Shown here: positions 63,190 through 64,000 of the stretch, piece after piece | How positions within the stretch are numbered: the first letter of the stretch is position 1 | Layout: every line of letters starts with the position of its first letter | Assembly (NCBI RefSeq): GCF_018350175.1 | Contig: NC_058384.1 | Coordinates: 67,146,001 to 67,210,000, forward strand | Direction of reading: 5' to 3' | Length of the DNA: 64,000 bases | Source of the DNA: Felis catus | Lineage: Eukaryota | Notes under the pieces: model-generated | What the model saw: the letters and a program-made list of their open reading frames with translations, nothing else | Database searches by the model: none | Told to the model about the DNA's origin: nothing | Made by a program: the position numbers and the translations under genes

Positions 63190-64000
63190 TGGCCACCGCA
63201 GCGCAAAACAAAGTCTCGCTCCTGGCCCGTGGGCCCATCTGCCGCGACCCTTAGTTGAGCCCCAGCCCCTCGCCGGGTCCACTGTCCGTTCTCTGGCAGG
63301 TTTGTCAATAAAGTTTTTCGCAAGGACTTGGAGAGGCCGGAGAGAAGCCGCGCTGCCCAGAGTTAGTTCTGGCAACTTCCCGGGAGGGAAAACGAGCCTC
63401 GCGAGACTTGGTAGCATGCGGGCCCCAACCCCCCCCCCCCCACGCCGGCCTGCCGCTGAGCCGCCGCTGAGCCGCCACTATCGCGAGATTTGGCAGGCGG
63501 AGGAGGAGCTGTCGCGGGCAGCCGCCTCACAGCGATGGCGGCCGAGCAGGGCCGGCGGCGGTGGCGGCTGCGGCTCCGGCCGAACGCGGCAGTGGTGACG
63601 GTAGCGGCGGGCGGCGGGGGCCTGTGACCGGGAGCCGCCCCGGACCCGGGCACCATGAGCCAAGGCCCCCCCCCAGGGGAGAGCAGCGAGCCCGAGGCGA
63701 AGGTCCTCCACACCAAGCGGCTTTACCGGTGAGGGGCCGGGGCGTGCGTGCGGCCGCCGGGGGAAGTGGGCGCCGCGGGGGCGGGGCCGCGGCGGGCGGG
63801 GCCCGGGTGCGGGCCGGGGCGGGGGTGGGCGCCGGGGCCGGGCCGGGGCCGGGGCTGGGCGGCCTGGGGAAGCACGTGGGCTGGGCCCCTGGCCGGGAGC
63901 CTCGGGCTGGCCCCGGCTGTGCGGCGGGCGGGCGGCCGGGTCGGGAGGTGAGGGAGGGGCGCAGACGGAGCAAACCCGGAAGGGAGTGGCGCCCCGAACC
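63190..64000. promoter_or_regulatory. CpG-island promoter shared by SMG5 and TMEM79
   Basis: Very CpG-rich, with two TCGCGAGA (BANP/CGCG-element) motifs at 63397-63406 and 63479-63488 and GC boxes. Confidence 0.8.
63655..63728 (+). CDS. SMG5: Nonsense-mediated decay factor SMG5, coding exon 1 only (gene runs off the window)
   Basis: Kozak-context CACCATGA, MSQGPPPGESSEPEAKVLHTKRLYR, then a GTGAGG donor. Lies in a CpG island head-to-head with TMEM79, as in human. Confidence 0.93.

Overview
Mammalian genomic DNA, almost certainly a felid given the many feline-type CAN-SINEs, syntenic with human 1q22 in reversed orientation. It holds five complete spliced protein-coding genes, each reconstructed by hand with GT-AG junctions and an intact frame: RHBG (-, 10 exons, 458 aa), TSACC (-, 3 coding exons, 124 aa), CCT3 (+, 14 exons, 545 aa), GLMP (+, 6 exons, 404 aa) and TMEM79 (-, 3 coding exons, 395 aa). 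Coding exon 1 of SMG5 (+) is at the right edge. TSACC/CCT3 and TMEM79/SMG5 are head-to-head pairs on CpG islands; GLMP and TMEM79 converge tail-to-tail. Other elements: a U6 snRNA pseudogene, about 25 CAN-SINE copies or fragments (several nested, with target-site duplications), L1/MaLR/Tigger/MIR relics, and a 9x20-bp GC-box VNTR in the RHBG promoter. The first ~8 kb is non-coding and carries clusters of Sox/POU/RBPJ/homeodomain motifs beyond two co-oriented CTCF sites; these may be neural enhancers for the miR-9-1 locus expected off the left edge. I see no new gene system. The best leads are regulatory: the promoter VNTR, uORFs in SMG5 and TMEM79, a poly(A) signal inside the last TSACC codons, inverted SINEs around CCT3 exons 3-5, and the putative enhancer/insulator arrangement. 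Comparisons with human or mouse are from memory and were not searched. Nearly all ORFs in the supplied track are spurious.
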